64,000 nt of DNA from NCBI GenBank assembly GCA_021796115.1, contig JAJYOP010000007.1, forward strand, positions 10,329 through 74,328, read 5' to 3'. Shown here one piece after another: positions 40,001 to 48,970 of the stretch. The stretch comes from a bacterium. GTDB taxonomy: Bacteria; Omnitrophota; Gorgyraeia; Duberdicusellales; 4484-171. The translations under genes were made by a program, and so were the position numbers. The number at the start of each line of letters is the position of its first letter. The stretch's first letter is position 1. The notes under the pieces are model-generated. The model was not told the origin of the DNA. It worked only from the letters and a program-made list of their open reading frames with translations, and searched no databases.

Positions 40001-40172
40001 CGAAGCGTTTTCAAAAGGTTCCGGTTCGGAGACAATGGTGCCCATGGCTGTTTCAATCATCGGCGGCGTAACGCTATCAACAATTCTTACACTTTTTGTC
40101 GTTCCATGTGCTTATGAATTATTCGCAAAAATTGAGCACCATACGTATAAACCCGATAATAATAGTAAATAA
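37077..40172 (+). CDS. RND efflux pump, AcrB/HAE1-like (12 TMS, 1031 aa)
   Basis: N-terminal KRPVFGWMLMIGVIVFGVIGF, large periplasmic loops, conserved TM4 region (GLSLVIGIIVDDAIMVLENI). Confidence 0.85.
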   Translation: MTLSDLSIKRPVFGWMLMIGVIVFGVIGFLRLGVSQLPDVDFPVVTVSITWEGAAPEVMETDVTDVVENAVMSVEGLKGITSVSMQGVSQITLEFYLNRNIDVALQEVQTKIAQAQKNLPRDIDPPIITKTNPEDQPIMFVGLSGNLPLKDMIHYVNENLKDQFVTVPGVGDIRMGGYIDPNLRVWLDSAKMQEKQLTVEDVINAIGYEHADLPAGYVDSGTKELNVRVYGEAQTPEQFENLIIPSRVREGPIWKTMRIGDVGTVEDGLADIRKISRSWGKPAIGLGIIKQRGTNAMEVAKAVKKRVAEVRKMLPKGMHLDVVFDTTQFIKDSVNELERNLLLSILLTSIVCYLFLGSWSANINVLLSIPFSLAGAFLILYFMGFTINTFTMLGLSLVIGIIVDDAIMVLENISRYHEQGKSRVDAALIGAREITFAAIATSLAILAIFVPVIFMQGIVGKFFLQFGVTISVAVIFSLIEAITITPMRCSQFLTVGHTTELGKFIEKVTKWLAKRYRETLSFILDRPKSVLTIATVVFLASFALVGLLKKEFVPPQDQGRFLARVMLPLGSSIEKTDSVFHEAEKFLMGRKDIGNYFSVIGSFTGSQVNTGFLYITMKERGKRPIINGHRETQAECMQIVRKALNKIPGVDRAVIQDLSLMGFTAKRGLPIEFTVRGADWDKLGEYSQEIMKRMKASGFMIDVDTDYQLGMPELQIHPDREKAAQHGVSVLSIADTINATIGGIRSGKFTAHGKRYDIRVRLAEADRTSPKDIKNLWVRNEFGEVVPLADVVTAEVKPSLFSITRENRERAVTIFANPAPGHSQQEALDKVTKIAKEVLPQGYRIVFSGGAQAFKESFQSLLFALLLGIFVAYMVLGTQFNSFIHPLTVLLALPFSVTGAFLLLFLTHNSLNLYSMIGLILLMGIVKKNSILLVDFTNERRRQGMNVREALLDACPIRLRPILMTSIAIVAAAIPEAFSKGSGSETMVPMAVSIIGGVTLSTILTLFVVPCAYELFAKIEHHTYKPDNNSK

Positions 40173-40257
40173 ATTAACTTTTTAAATTCCTTTTTGAACT
40201 GCCCCCATCACCTTTCTGTACGGAACAAGGGGAACCGCCTCTCAAATTATGAAATAG

Positions 40258-40310
40258 CTGTCTACGGAGAGGATGTCCTTCGGGCAATATTTTTGTCCGG
40301 CCTGGCGAAA
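40258..40310 (+). ncRNA. Copy 4 of the ~50-nt intergenic family
   Basis: gctgtctacggagaggatgtccttcgggcaatatttttgtccggcc aligns with cores at 10997/49070/15522; GGAAC-15-TCAAAT ECF-like motif just upstream (40222-40252). Confidence 0.25.
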
Positions 40311-40441
40311 GTTACCTTCAAAATTTTCGAATCGCTAACAACATAGAAATTATTTATCCTAGAGGAGCACTTTTATTTGAAGGAAGCAGCCTGATTGTTA
40401 TAAGAGACCTCTGGAAAACTACCTTGAAACCGCCAAAACAC

Positions 40442-40556
40442 TAAATCACTGCCTGCCGGCAGGTCGCAAAGCCGCAAACGTAAAGATGCAAAATATGCAA
40501 AGAAATTTTTGCGCTTTTGCGATTAGTATTTTTGCGCTACTTTGTGTTTTGCGGCA
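40442..40556. repeat. Long imperfect palindrome of phased GCAAA / TTTGCG repeats between RND and arsR
   Basis: cctgccggcagg palindrome then gcaaagccgcaaacgtaaagatgcaaaatatgcaaag | aaa | tttttgcgcttttgcgattagtatttttgcgctactttgtgttttgcgg. Confidence 0.4.
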
Positions 40557-40590
40557 TAAACGGGCTTTTTCAGAGACCAGTATAAAAAAC

Positions 40591-40619
40591 TTGACAAGAG
40601 CATCAATTTAACGTATTAT
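40591..40619 (+). promoter_or_regulatory. Sigma70 promoter of arsR-OMF-RND operon
   Basis: TTGACA-17 nt-TATTAT, then SD aaaggagg and GTG start. Confidence 0.5.
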
Positions 40620-40646
40620 TACAATATAACGATAAAGGAGGTTATT

Positions 40647-40913
40647 GTGCCTTTGGATTACGAAAAGGAGAGTGAGTTACTTAAAGCGTTAGGGCACCCC
40701 ATCCGTCTCAAAATAGTGGGAGGGCTTCTTAGCCATGAATGCAATGTAAATAAGATGGTTAAGGTTTTGGGCATTCCGCAATCCACAGTATCACAGCATT
40801 TAGGGATACTTAAGAGCCGCGGGATAGTTCAAATCAGGAAAGAGGGCACCAAAACTTGTTACCGGGTCAAAGATGCGAGGATTGGCGAATTGCTTAAAAT
40901 ATTGAAAAAATAA
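40647..40913 (+). CDS. ArsR/SmtB-family metalloregulator (GTG start)
   Basis: LLKALGHPIRLKIVGGLLSHECNVNKMVKVLGIPQSTVSQHLGILKSRGIV HTH. Confidence 0.8.
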   Translation: MPLDYEKESELLKALGHPIRLKIVGGLLSHECNVNKMVKVLGIPQSTVSQHLGILKSRGIVQIRKEGTKTCYRVKDARIGELLKILKK

Positions 40914-41084
40914 TTTTTTCTCACAATAAACGTACTATTCAGATAATACGTTATCAAAAACTGCATAAACCCTAAGAAAAAGGAAAGGGTAATGGCAGAA
41001 AAAAGTCTACAAAAAAACGAAATCAGCTATTCTGACAGTAGATTGTAAATGATATATTATTTAAAAGTTACCTTTAGGCAATAG

Positions 41085-42524
41085 ATGAAGATAAAGCTAA
41101 GATTGCAACTTAAATTAAAAATCAAAGGCACGAATTTCTTACCTAAACTTATTGCCATAGCTTTGATTTTTTCTTCCGCTTTTTCTCAAGACCTATATGC
41201 CGAGACTGGCCAGCCAGTTCGCGAGCCGCTTACTTTTAAGAATTTTTATCGGAAGGTCCTGGCTTATTATCCTAAATTAAAGCAGCAGAACGCCAATGTT
41301 AATCTTGCTATCGCCAATAAACTTACGGCAGTATCAGGATATTTACCAAGGTTACAGGGCGTTACTTCCCTGACCAACGGCAATGACCCGGTTTATGTAT
41401 TCGGAAGCCTTTTGAGAGAAAATCGTTTTACCGCAGATAATTTTGCCCTTTCCAGCCTCAATACGCCGGACCCGCATACTACTTATAATGCTTCCATTCT
41501 TGGGCAGTTTCCTATCTTTGATGCTTTCCAAACTATCAACCGTGTTCGTTCCGCGAAACTTAAGGTAGACTCTGCCCGCGATGAAGAATCATTTACAAAA
41601 ATGGAAGCGCTTCTTGTGTCGGTAGAAGCGTATTTGCGCGCCATTGCCATCGATAAGCTTCTTGCTAACGTTGAGGAAGTCAGCCAGGCCAGCGAAGGCG
41701 ATATTAAGCAGGCCCAAGATTTAAAAACCAAAGGGCTCATCCTTGGCGCTGATTTTTATGCGGCAAAAGTGATGTATGGCAATATCAATCAGCTTAAGAA
41801 CCAACTCATCCAGGAAAAGCAGGCAGCGCATATTTTGCTTAACATTTTGATGGGCGAGGAACCGCTTAATCCTATAACAATACAAGGCAGCCTGGCAGAA
41901 GACGTAAAAGATACGCAAGAATTAAAAAATTGGCTTGAAGCGGCATACAAGTCCCGGCCTGATTTTGCCGCGCTCGGTAAAACGATTAAAGCGCAGGAGT
42001 TTGAGGTTTCACGGGAAAAAGCAACGATTCTGCCGAGGGTCGATAGCTTTGGGGAGGCGCGGCAAGACGCGAATAGTTTTCGGTTTGACGGCGGTGAAAG
42101 TTATATTGTCGGCTTAAAGGCGCAAATGGACCTTTTTGACCCGGCTTATTCCTCGCGCGTAAAAGCGTCAAAAGAGACACTGAAAAAATTGCAATACGAT
42201 AATGTTATCCTAAAAGACAGGATTACCAAAGATCTTACCGACGAATACGCTCATTACGAGGCCAGCTGGGATAATTTTCCGGTGATTAGCGCAATGCTTG
42301 ATGACGCCAAACAGGCGATGGAGCTTACCTTGCCGCTTTACCATGAAGGCAGGAAATCCATTGCCGATTTATTGCAAATCAGGGATTCTTACCTTAATGT
42401 GGTCAGGCAATATTATACCCTTACGATTGATACCCGAACTTCCTGGACAAGGCTCTTATATCTTTCTGGACAACTCGATGAAACAAAGTTAGCTGAAATA
42501 GAGAAGAGGTTAACAAATGAATAG
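41085..42524 (+). CDS. TolC-like outer membrane factor
   Basis: Signal peptide, 479 aa OEP; overlaps downstream RND gene start. Confidence 0.7.
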   Translation: MKIKLRLQLKLKIKGTNFLPKLIAIALIFSSAFSQDLYAETGQPVREPLTFKNFYRKVLAYYPKLKQQNANVNLAIANKLTAVSGYLPRLQGVTSLTNGNDPVYVFGSLLRENRFTADNFALSSLNTPDPHTTYNASILGQFPIFDAFQTINRVRSAKLKVDSARDEESFTKMEALLVSVEAYLRAIAIDKLLANVEEVSQASEGDIKQAQDLKTKGLILGADFYAAKVMYGNINQLKNQLIQEKQAAHILLNILMGEEPLNPITIQGSLAEDVKDTQELKNWLEAAYKSRPDFAALGKTIKAQEFEVSREKATILPRVDSFGEARQDANSFRFDGGESYIVGLKAQMDLFDPAYSSRVKASKETLKKLQYDNVILKDRITKDLTDEYAHYEASWDNFPVISAMLDDAKQAMELTLPLYHEGRKSIADLLQIRDSYLNVVRQYYTLTIDTRTSWTRLLYLSGQLDETKLAEIEKRLTNE

Positions 42525-45500
42525 CGCTACGCCATCAGGGAACCATAGAATAAACTTCCTGGGAAAAATCGTCGGAATCTTTACGCGTTCTAAAGTAACA
42601 CCTTTAATCATCATAGCGTCGATCCTGCTTGGTTTCTTTGCCGTAATTAATCTACCCCGCGAGGAAGAACCCCAGATTTCCGTCCCGATGTTTGATATCT
42701 TTGTTTCCTATCCCGGGGCAAACGCCGAGGAAGTCGAGCGCAGGATTGTAGATGTTGGTGAGCGTAAACTTTGGGAAATTTCAGGGGTGGAATATATCTA
42801 TTCTACTGCCGAAACAAATGGCGCGCTCATTATTGTACGTTTTAAAGTCGGGGAGAACGTCGAAAACAGCCTGATTAAACTTTACACAAAAGTATATTCT
42901 AACCTGGATCTTCTTCCGCAAGGAGCATCCCAGCCGCTTATCAAATTACGCTCAATAGACGATGTGCCTATTTTAAGCCTTACTTTTCATAGCAAAGATA
43001 GGGATGATGTCAGCCTGCGCAAAGTTGTTGCCGCCATACAAAACGAGGTAAATGCCATTCCGAATGTTTCGGAAACGCATATTACCGGAGGAAGGAAGCG
43101 CCAGTTCCAGGTGTTTTTTGACGAAAAGAAATTAAATGAGCATTTCCTGAATCCAAATGAAATAAAAGAGTTGATTCAGAAGGCCAATGTAAAAGCCGAT
43201 GCTGGGCATTTAGAGAGCAAGCCGGAATTATTAAACGTGGAAGCCGACGCATTCTTTAGATCAGTTACGGATTTAGAAAATCTGGTTATCGGCGTAAGCC
43301 AAGGGCAGATTGTTTATCTTAAAGATGTGGCGCGCGTGGTTGATAGTCCGGATGAATTTGAAAATGCGGTGAATATCCGTTACGGAAGCGCATCCAGTAA
43401 AGCAGACAAGGGGCCGTTTGACGCGGTAACGTTGTCTGTCTCTAAAAGGAAAGGCGCAAACGCTACGTGGCTATGCAAGAAAATTATTTCCAAGGTAAAG
43501 AGCTTAAGCGGCACAACTATTCCCAAGGATATTACCTTTACGGTAACGCGGAATTATGGAGAAACTGCCGACGAAAAGTCTAATGAGCTTCTATTCCATA
43601 TGGCTTTAGCTATTTTCGGAGTGAGTGTATTAATAGCTTTATCTTTGGGGCTTAGGGAATCGGGGGTTGTAGCTATAGCGATACCAATGACTTTGTCGCT
43701 TACGTTGGCAGCTTTTTATTTTTTTGGATTTACTTTAAACAGAATTACATTGTTTGCTCTTATTTTTTCCATAGGAATTCTGGTCGATGACCCCATAGTA
43801 GACGTAGAAAATATTGTCCGCCACTTGCGCTTGCCGGAAAACAAAGGCCGTCCCTTGCTCGATGTGACAATTGAAGCGGTGAATGAAGTAAGGAGCCCGC
43901 TTATTCTGGCAACGCTTACAGTCATTGCGGCAATTTTGCCAATGGCTTTTGTCAGGGGCCTGATGGGGCCTTATATGCGGCCGATACCAATTGGCGCAAG
44001 TACTGCGATGTTTTTTTCCATGGCCGCGGCATTTATTGCAACGCCTTGGGCCGCCTACCGGATTTTAGGCAGCGCCTATCTTAAAGGTAAGTTAAAAGGC
44101 CACGGCGAGGGCGAGGAAGAGGATCTGCTTACCAGGCTTTACCGGTCATACATGAAACCTTTGATTTACAACACGAAAGTCCGAAAGATTTTTTTAAGGG
44201 TAGTATGCGGATTGTTTCTCTTTGCCGTTATCCTTGTGCCGCTTCGTTTGGTTAAGGTAAAGATGCTTCCTTTTGATAATAAAAACGAGTTTCAGGTTAT
44301 CCTGGATATGCCTGAAGGAACACCGGTCGAAAAGACAAGCGCGGCATTAGAGGAAATAGCAAGATACTTGAGTGCGGTCCCTGAAGTTAAAGATATCGAA
44401 GCCTACGTAGGCACAAGCGCTCCTTATAATTTCAACGGTCTGGTCAGACATTATTATTTGCGCGATAAGCCATGGCAAGGAGATTTACAGGTTAATCTTG
44501 TAGGCAAAAATAAACGCAAGCGCCAAAGCCATGATATCGCAAAGAGCGTGCGTCATAAAATACATGAAATTGTGAATAAATATGCCGGCCACGTTCAGGT
44601 TGCAGAAGTTCCACCTGGGCCGCCGGTACTATCTACGCTTGTCTTTGAAATTTACGGTCCGAGTATCGAGGGACAGAATGAATTGGCAAAAAAAATTGAA
44701 GCCCTGCTCAATACAAGCAAGGGCATTACGGATATAGATACTTATGTCGCCGCAAGGGAAAAACTTTTGCGCTTACGGGTGGATACACAGAAGGCAACTT
44801 TAAACGGAATCTCGGTTTCGGCAATCGCGCACACGATTGCTTTGTCGATTCATGGCAGCGCTATAGACCTGGCACACCTGCCAAATGAATATGAGCCGGT
44901 TGAAATAATCCTGCGCCTGCCTAAAGAAAAACGCGAGAATCTTGATGCTCTCCTTAATATAACGATGCTTTCCCGGTATGGTTCGCCAATAGCCTTAAAG
45001 GATTTAGTGACAGTCGAAGATCTTTTAAAAGACCGGCCGATTTACCATAAAAATTTAATGCGCGTCGCTTATGTAATTGCCGATGTTGCAGGAAAATTCG
45101 AAAGCCCGGTCTATGCCATAATGGATCTTAAGGGGAAATTGGCTAAAATACCTCTTCCTTCCGGCCAGGATAAACAAAAAAAGGGAATGCGCCAGTTTTT
45201 TACCAGCCAGCCTCCGTCATCGGATTTCTGGTCGATGAAATGGGACGGGGAGTGGCAGGTTACCTATGAGGTCTTCCGTGATTTGGGGCTCGCGTTTGTT
45301 GTTGTGCTTATTTTGATTTACGTGCTGGTAGTCGGATGGTTTCAGTCATTTAAAATTCCATGGATTATTATGCTGCCTATACCTTTAACGCTGATAGGAA
45401 TTTTACCTGCGCACTGGATATTCGGGGTATTTTTTACCGCGACATCAATGATTGGCATGATTGCCGGAGCCGGCATTGTTGTGCGTAATTCCATAATCCT

Positions 45501-45753
45501 TGTAGATTTTATACAGCTTCGTATCGCGCAGGGTATGCCACTTGAAGAGGCAGTGATCGACGCCGGCGCAAAACGTTTTAGGCCGATGCTTTTAACCGCC
45601 GCAGCCGTTGTCGTGGGCGCTTCGGTGATTCTTTTTGACCCGATATTCCAGGGTCTGGCAGTTTCACTTATGGCCGGTGAAATAGCTTCAACCATACTTT
45701 CGCGTACAGCAGTGCCGGTAATTTATTATATGGTAATGAAGAATAAATCTTAA
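42517..45753 (+). CDS. RND efflux pump (AcrB/CzcA-like, 1078 aa)
   Basis: 12 TMS architecture, conserved GILVDDPIVDVENI (TM4 D-D motif), two large periplasmic domains. Confidence 0.85.
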   Translation: MNSATPSGNHRINFLGKIVGIFTRSKVTPLIIIASILLGFFAVINLPREEEPQISVPMFDIFVSYPGANAEEVERRIVDVGERKLWEISGVEYIYSTAETNGALIIVRFKVGENVENSLIKLYTKVYSNLDLLPQGASQPLIKLRSIDDVPILSLTFHSKDRDDVSLRKVVAAIQNEVNAIPNVSETHITGGRKRQFQVFFDEKKLNEHFLNPNEIKELIQKANVKADAGHLESKPELLNVEADAFFRSVTDLENLVIGVSQGQIVYLKDVARVVDSPDEFENAVNIRYGSASSKADKGPFDAVTLSVSKRKGANATWLCKKIISKVKSLSGTTIPKDITFTVTRNYGETADEKSNELLFHMALAIFGVSVLIALSLGLRESGVVAIAIPMTLSLTLAAFYFFGFTLNRITLFALIFSIGILVDDPIVDVENIVRHLRLPENKGRPLLDVTIEAVNEVRSPLILATLTVIAAILPMAFVRGLMGPYMRPIPIGASTAMFFSMAAAFIATPWAAYRILGSAYLKGKLKGHGEGEEEDLLTRLYRSYMKPLIYNTKVRKIFLRVVCGLFLFAVILVPLRLVKVKMLPFDNKNEFQVILDMPEGTPVEKTSAALEEIARYLSAVPEVKDIEAYVGTSAPYNFNGLVRHYYLRDKPWQGDLQVNLVGKNKRKRQSHDIAKSVRHKIHEIVNKYAGHVQVAEVPPGPPVLSTLVFEIYGPSIEGQNELAKKIEALLNTSKGITDIDTYVAAREKLLRLRVDTQKATLNGISVSAIAHTIALSIHGSAIDLAHLPNEYEPVEIILRLPKEKRENLDALLNITMLSRYGSPIALKDLVTVEDLLKDRPIYHKNLMRVAYVIADVAGKFESPVYAIMDLKGKLAKIPLPSGQDKQKKGMRQFFTSQPPSSDFWSMKWDGEWQVTYEVFRDLGLAFVVVLILIYVLVVGWFQSFKIPWIIMLPIPLTLIGILPAHWIFGVFFTATSMIGMIAGAGIVVRNSIILVDFIQLRIAQGMPLEEAVIDAGAKRFRPMLLTAAAVVVGASVILFDPIFQGLAVSLMAGEIASTILSRTAVPVIYYMVMKNKS

Positions 45754-45771
45754 GCTTTGCGGAGGTGGAAT

Positions 45772-45954
45772 ATGCTGGAAAGAATGTTGCGCGGTATAGC
45801 CGGATTTTTTATTTTAGCAAGTTTGCTCCTTGCGTACTATGTAAGTTATTACTGGCTGTGGTTTGCTGCTTTTGTCGGCCTTAATTTGCTGCAGTCAGCT
45901 TTTACCAACTGGTGCCCGATGATGACGATATTAAAAAAGTTAGGAGTTAAATAA
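45772..45954 (+). CDS. DUF2892 (YgaP C-terminal-like) small membrane protein
   Basis: SD ggaggtgg then ATG 45772; RGIAGFFILASLLLAYYVSYYWLWFAAFVGLNLLQSAFTNWCP. Confidence 0.6.
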   Translation: MLERMLRGIAGFFILASLLLAYYVSYYWLWFAAFVGLNLLQSAFTNWCPMMTILKKLGVK

Positions 45955-46231
45955 CAAGATAACCTCTTCAATTTCCGAAACAACTTCCTGTATTTTACCC
46001 ATTCGGCAGAAAGCCACGCTTACAAGGTGCGGATAAATAAAAGAAGCCACGGCTGTAAGTCCATGGAGCTTCACACTTTCAAAAAATTTATATTGACAAA
46101 TACGCCATAAGGCATTTAGAACGCCGGGTGAAAGAGTTTCTGATATTATAAGTAAATATGAAGCTGATGAATTTGAAGAAATAACAGTGCAAAATGCCTG
46201 TGCGCAGCACGGTTGCATTAAAATTTTTGCT

Positions 46232-46423
46232 ATGAAGAAAATAGTGATGATTAATGAAAATTTATGTATTGGCTGCGGTAAATGTGTCAAATTATGCCCC
46301 AGGAAGATTCTCTATATAGATAAAACGGACAAGAAATGCAAAGTTTCAGATGAAACCAAGTGCGATAAACTCGCCGGCTGCCAAAAAATCTGCCCGGTAA
46401 AAGCCATAAGGATAATAAAATAA
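46232..46423 (+). CDS. Small 2x[4Fe-4S] ferredoxin
   Basis: CIGCGKCVKLCP and CDKLAGCQKICP. Confidence 0.65.
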   Translation: MKKIVMINENLCIGCGKCVKLCPRKILYIDKTDKKCKVSDETKCDKLAGCQKICPVKAIRIIK

Positions 46424-46452
46424 TCAATACTTTTTGCTAAAAAGCTCACTAA

Positions 46453-46602
46453 GCTTTCTTTCTAACAATAACCTTGCCGCAGGATGTAAAAACTAATAAA
46501 ATGAGCGCGGAATATAAAAATGGTGTTTTGAAAATCAGCATGCCGAGAATTGAAACTAACAAAAAAGGCGCGGGGGCTGGCATAAAAATTCCTGTAAAAT
46601 AA
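46453..46602 (+). pseudogene. Possible Hsp20/alpha-crystallin C-terminal remnant
   Basis: Open frame AFFLTITLPQDVKTNKMSAEYKNGVLKISMPRIETNKK...: contains two Hsp20 C-terminal-like motifs (LTITLP, YKNGVLKISMPR) but no alpha-crystallin core upstream. Confidence 0.25.
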
Positions 46603-46625
46603 AATATCATACATACCTCATTTTT

Positions 46626-46829
46626 CTGAACATTCCCCGGAATTTAAGGGTATCTTGGCATAACTCTATGTAAAACAAGCGATAACGAAGATAAAAATCT
46701 ATGATTCTTCAGGGGGCGGAGGCAAACGGATTTTAGCGGATGCAGACGGATAAAAAACCTATAATTATCCGTATGCATCCACAATCATCCGTGACATCCG
46801 TCCTTAAAAATAAAAAAATGGGGAAGCTC
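46626..46829 (+). repeat. 204-bp dispersed repeat, copy A
   Basis: ctgaacattccccggaatttaagggtatcttggcataactctatg...ggatgcagacggataaaaaacctataattatccgtatgcatcc...aaaaatggggaagctc; about 98% identical to copies at 52532 and 63656. Confidence 0.85.
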
Positions 46830-46907
46830 CAGACCTCATTTTTTCCTTTAAAAATCTAAACTATGTGGTAATATACATAATTTAGGTTTTATCATTCTTG
46901 GATTATT

Positions 46908-47768
46908 TTGCATCAATATAATTATGCCGATATGAACATTCTAATTTTTACCATACTTATCTGGGCCGCCTCATTAATTGCCGGTTTCCTTGGCGCACTG
47001 ACCGGGCTTGGCGGAGGAGTAGTCATAGTCCCTTTATTGACACTGGTGTTTGGCGTCGACATCAGATATGCTATTGGTGCCTCACTTATTTCGGTTATTG
47101 CCACTTCTTCCGGCGCAGCTTCTGCTTATGTAAAAGAGGGGTTCAGCAATATCCGCATCGGAATGTTTTTGGAGGTAGCAACTACCTTAGGGGCTTTGCT
47201 CGGAGCTTTTATCGCCACAAAATTATCCACTTCTGTGATTGCGATAATTTTCGGACTTATCCTGATACACTCTTCGTATCTGACCATAAAACGTATAAGT
47301 GAATCTCAACTAGCAATAAAACCTGACCCGTTAGCCACCCGTTTAAAATTTGACGGCGCATATCCTGTAGCCGGAGGTTCTGAATCCTATCATGTCCAAG
47401 GGGTACCGCAGGGATTTTCTATTATGTTTTTAGCCGGCAGTATTTCCGGATTGCTTGGAATCGGTTCAGGCGCGGTTAAGGTTCTTGCCATGGACCAGGC
47501 CATGCGCATACCGTTTAAAGTCTCTACCGCGACAAGCAATTTTATGATTGGTGTTACCGCGGCAGCCGGCGCAGGTATTTATCTTAATCGCGGATATATC
47601 GATCCTGTTCTGGCTATGCCGGTAATACTTGGCGTATTATTAGGCTCGCTTCTTGGCGCGCGACATTTATTTGAAGCAGAAACGAAAAATTTGCGCCTGA
47701 TATTCAGCGCAATCATCTTGTTACTGGCGATAGAGATGATTTATTCAGGAATAAAAGGATATCATTAA
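46908..47768 (+). CDS. TauE/SafE (TSUP) family anion exporter
   Basis: Two 4-TM repeats each with GxGGG-type motif (LTGLGGGVVIVP, LLGIGSGAV). Confidence 0.8.
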   Translation: MHQYNYADMNILIFTILIWAASLIAGFLGALTGLGGGVVIVPLLTLVFGVDIRYAIGASLISVIATSSGAASAYVKEGFSNIRIGMFLEVATTLGALLGAFIATKLSTSVIAIIFGLILIHSSYLTIKRISESQLAIKPDPLATRLKFDGAYPVAGGSESYHVQGVPQGFSIMFLAGSISGLLGIGSGAVKVLAMDQAMRIPFKVSTATSNFMIGVTAAAGAGIYLNRGYIDPVLAMPVILGVLLGSLLGARHLFEAETKNLRLIFSAIILLLAIEMIYSGIKGYH

Positions 47769-47769
47769 A

Positions 47770-48156
47770 ATGACAGGACAAAAACAAGCTTGGACTGACC
47801 ATAAGGTAGAGGTGTTTATCGGCAATCTTTTAAGAGCCGGCGTTATTGGTGCGGCCTTACTGGTTGTTTTAGGCGGCATAATTTATCTATTGCACCAGGG
47901 TTTGTCCCTGCCTGATTTTAAAACCTTTAAAGGCGAACCGCAAGAATTACGCCATGTAGGTGCAATTATCAAACATGCGTTTTCTCTTCACGGAAGGGGG
48001 CTGATACAACTTGGTCTCCTGGTATTGATTGCTACTCCAATAGCAAGGGTCGCGCTTTCAATATTTGCCTTTTCCCGCCAACGTGACAGGTTATACGTTA
48101 TCGTAACCTGTATTGTTCTTGCTGTTTTATGCTACAGTCTTTTTGGGGGCAGATAA
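47770..48156 (+). CDS. DUF1634 membrane protein (typical TauE partner)
   Basis: 128 aa, 3 TM, adjacent to and co-oriented with TSUP gene. Confidence 0.55.
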   Translation: MTGQKQAWTDHKVEVFIGNLLRAGVIGAALLVVLGGIIYLLHQGLSLPDFKTFKGEPQELRHVGAIIKHAFSLHGRGLIQLGLLVLIATPIARVALSIFAFSRQRDRLYVIVTCIVLAVLCYSLFGGR

Positions 48157-48196
48157 TACGGGGTGGTTATAATTTATTCAAAATGGACAAATAAAG

Positions 48197-48970
48197 ATGA
48201 TAAAAAAAATATCCCAAAATATTTCTAAACTACAAAATACTTTATTATTTATTTGCGCTACTTTGTTGCTGGGTATCATTATAACACTTGGATGGATTAA
48301 CCATTTTGATTTTGAACGCTCCGTCGTAAATGCGGAGTTGCGGGAGCTTTTAATTATTGCTAAGTCAGCCGGCCACGATATTGAAAACGGAATTATTGGC
48401 ATTAAACAAGAACCGGCTTATATAGATAAACTTATACAGCATATAAATAACGAGGAAAAGTTTGCGACTTTTGTTATGAACAATAAACACATTGTTTTAA
48501 GCAGCCCGATTAAAAGGCAGGTGGGCAAGAATATCATTGAAATTGGGAGAGAAATATTAAATAATAAAGAAATGCACAAATTAAGCAGGTTTGTGCAAAA
48601 ACTGGATTCGAACGACTCCGGAACAGCAATTTTACTTTTTCCTGCAAAAAGCGAAAGTTCAAAGAAAGAAATGAAGTTGTTTGCTTTCACTCATTTGAAA
48701 GGAAAAACCGGAATCTATTCTATTGTTGTGACAGAAAGGTTAAGCGCTCTCACGGGCCCGTTACGCAGAAATTTAAGAGATATATTAGTGCTGGTAGGGT
48801 TATTTTTCCTTATATCTTTAATCTTCATCTATATTTTTTATCATGGCCATCAGAAAAGGATAAAAATGGAAATCAGCGCCAAAGCCTTAGAGATAATCAA
48901 TAGAGAATTGCATTGTACAATTGATGACTATAAGTGTATTGAGAAGAAACTTAACGATTATAAAAAATAG
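48197..48970 (+). CDS. Two-TM membrane protein with periplasmic sensor-like domain and very short cytoplasmic tail (possible truncated sensor)
   Basis: TM1 aa 15-35, ~155-aa extracytoplasmic segment, TM2 ILVLVGLFFLISLIFIYIFY, 40-aa tail; no kinase/MCP domain. Confidence 0.45.
   Translation: MIKKISQNISKLQNTLLFICATLLLGIIITLGWINHFDFERSVVNAELRELLIIAKSAGHDIENGIIGIKQEPAYIDKLIQHINNEEKFATFVMNNKHIVLSSPIKRQVGKNIIEIGREILNNKEMHKLSRFVQKLDSNDSGTAILLFPAKSESSKKEMKLFAFTHLKGKTGIYSIVVTERLSALTGPLRRNLRDILVLVGLFFLISLIFIYIFYHGHQKRIKMEISAKALEIINRELHCTIDDYKCIEKKLNDYKK

Noticed and set aside
45940-46290. 116-aa minus-strand ORF in the gap between DUF2892 and the ferredoxin
   Set aside because: It overlaps both neighbours, has no motif or SD, and has odd composition. 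The gap more likely holds the ferredoxin promoter (TTGACA at about 46098).
46660-46680. Sigma54 promoter (TGGCAT-N-TATGT) inside the 204-bp repeat
   Set aside because: The GG is present but the -12 GC is absent at the required spacing.
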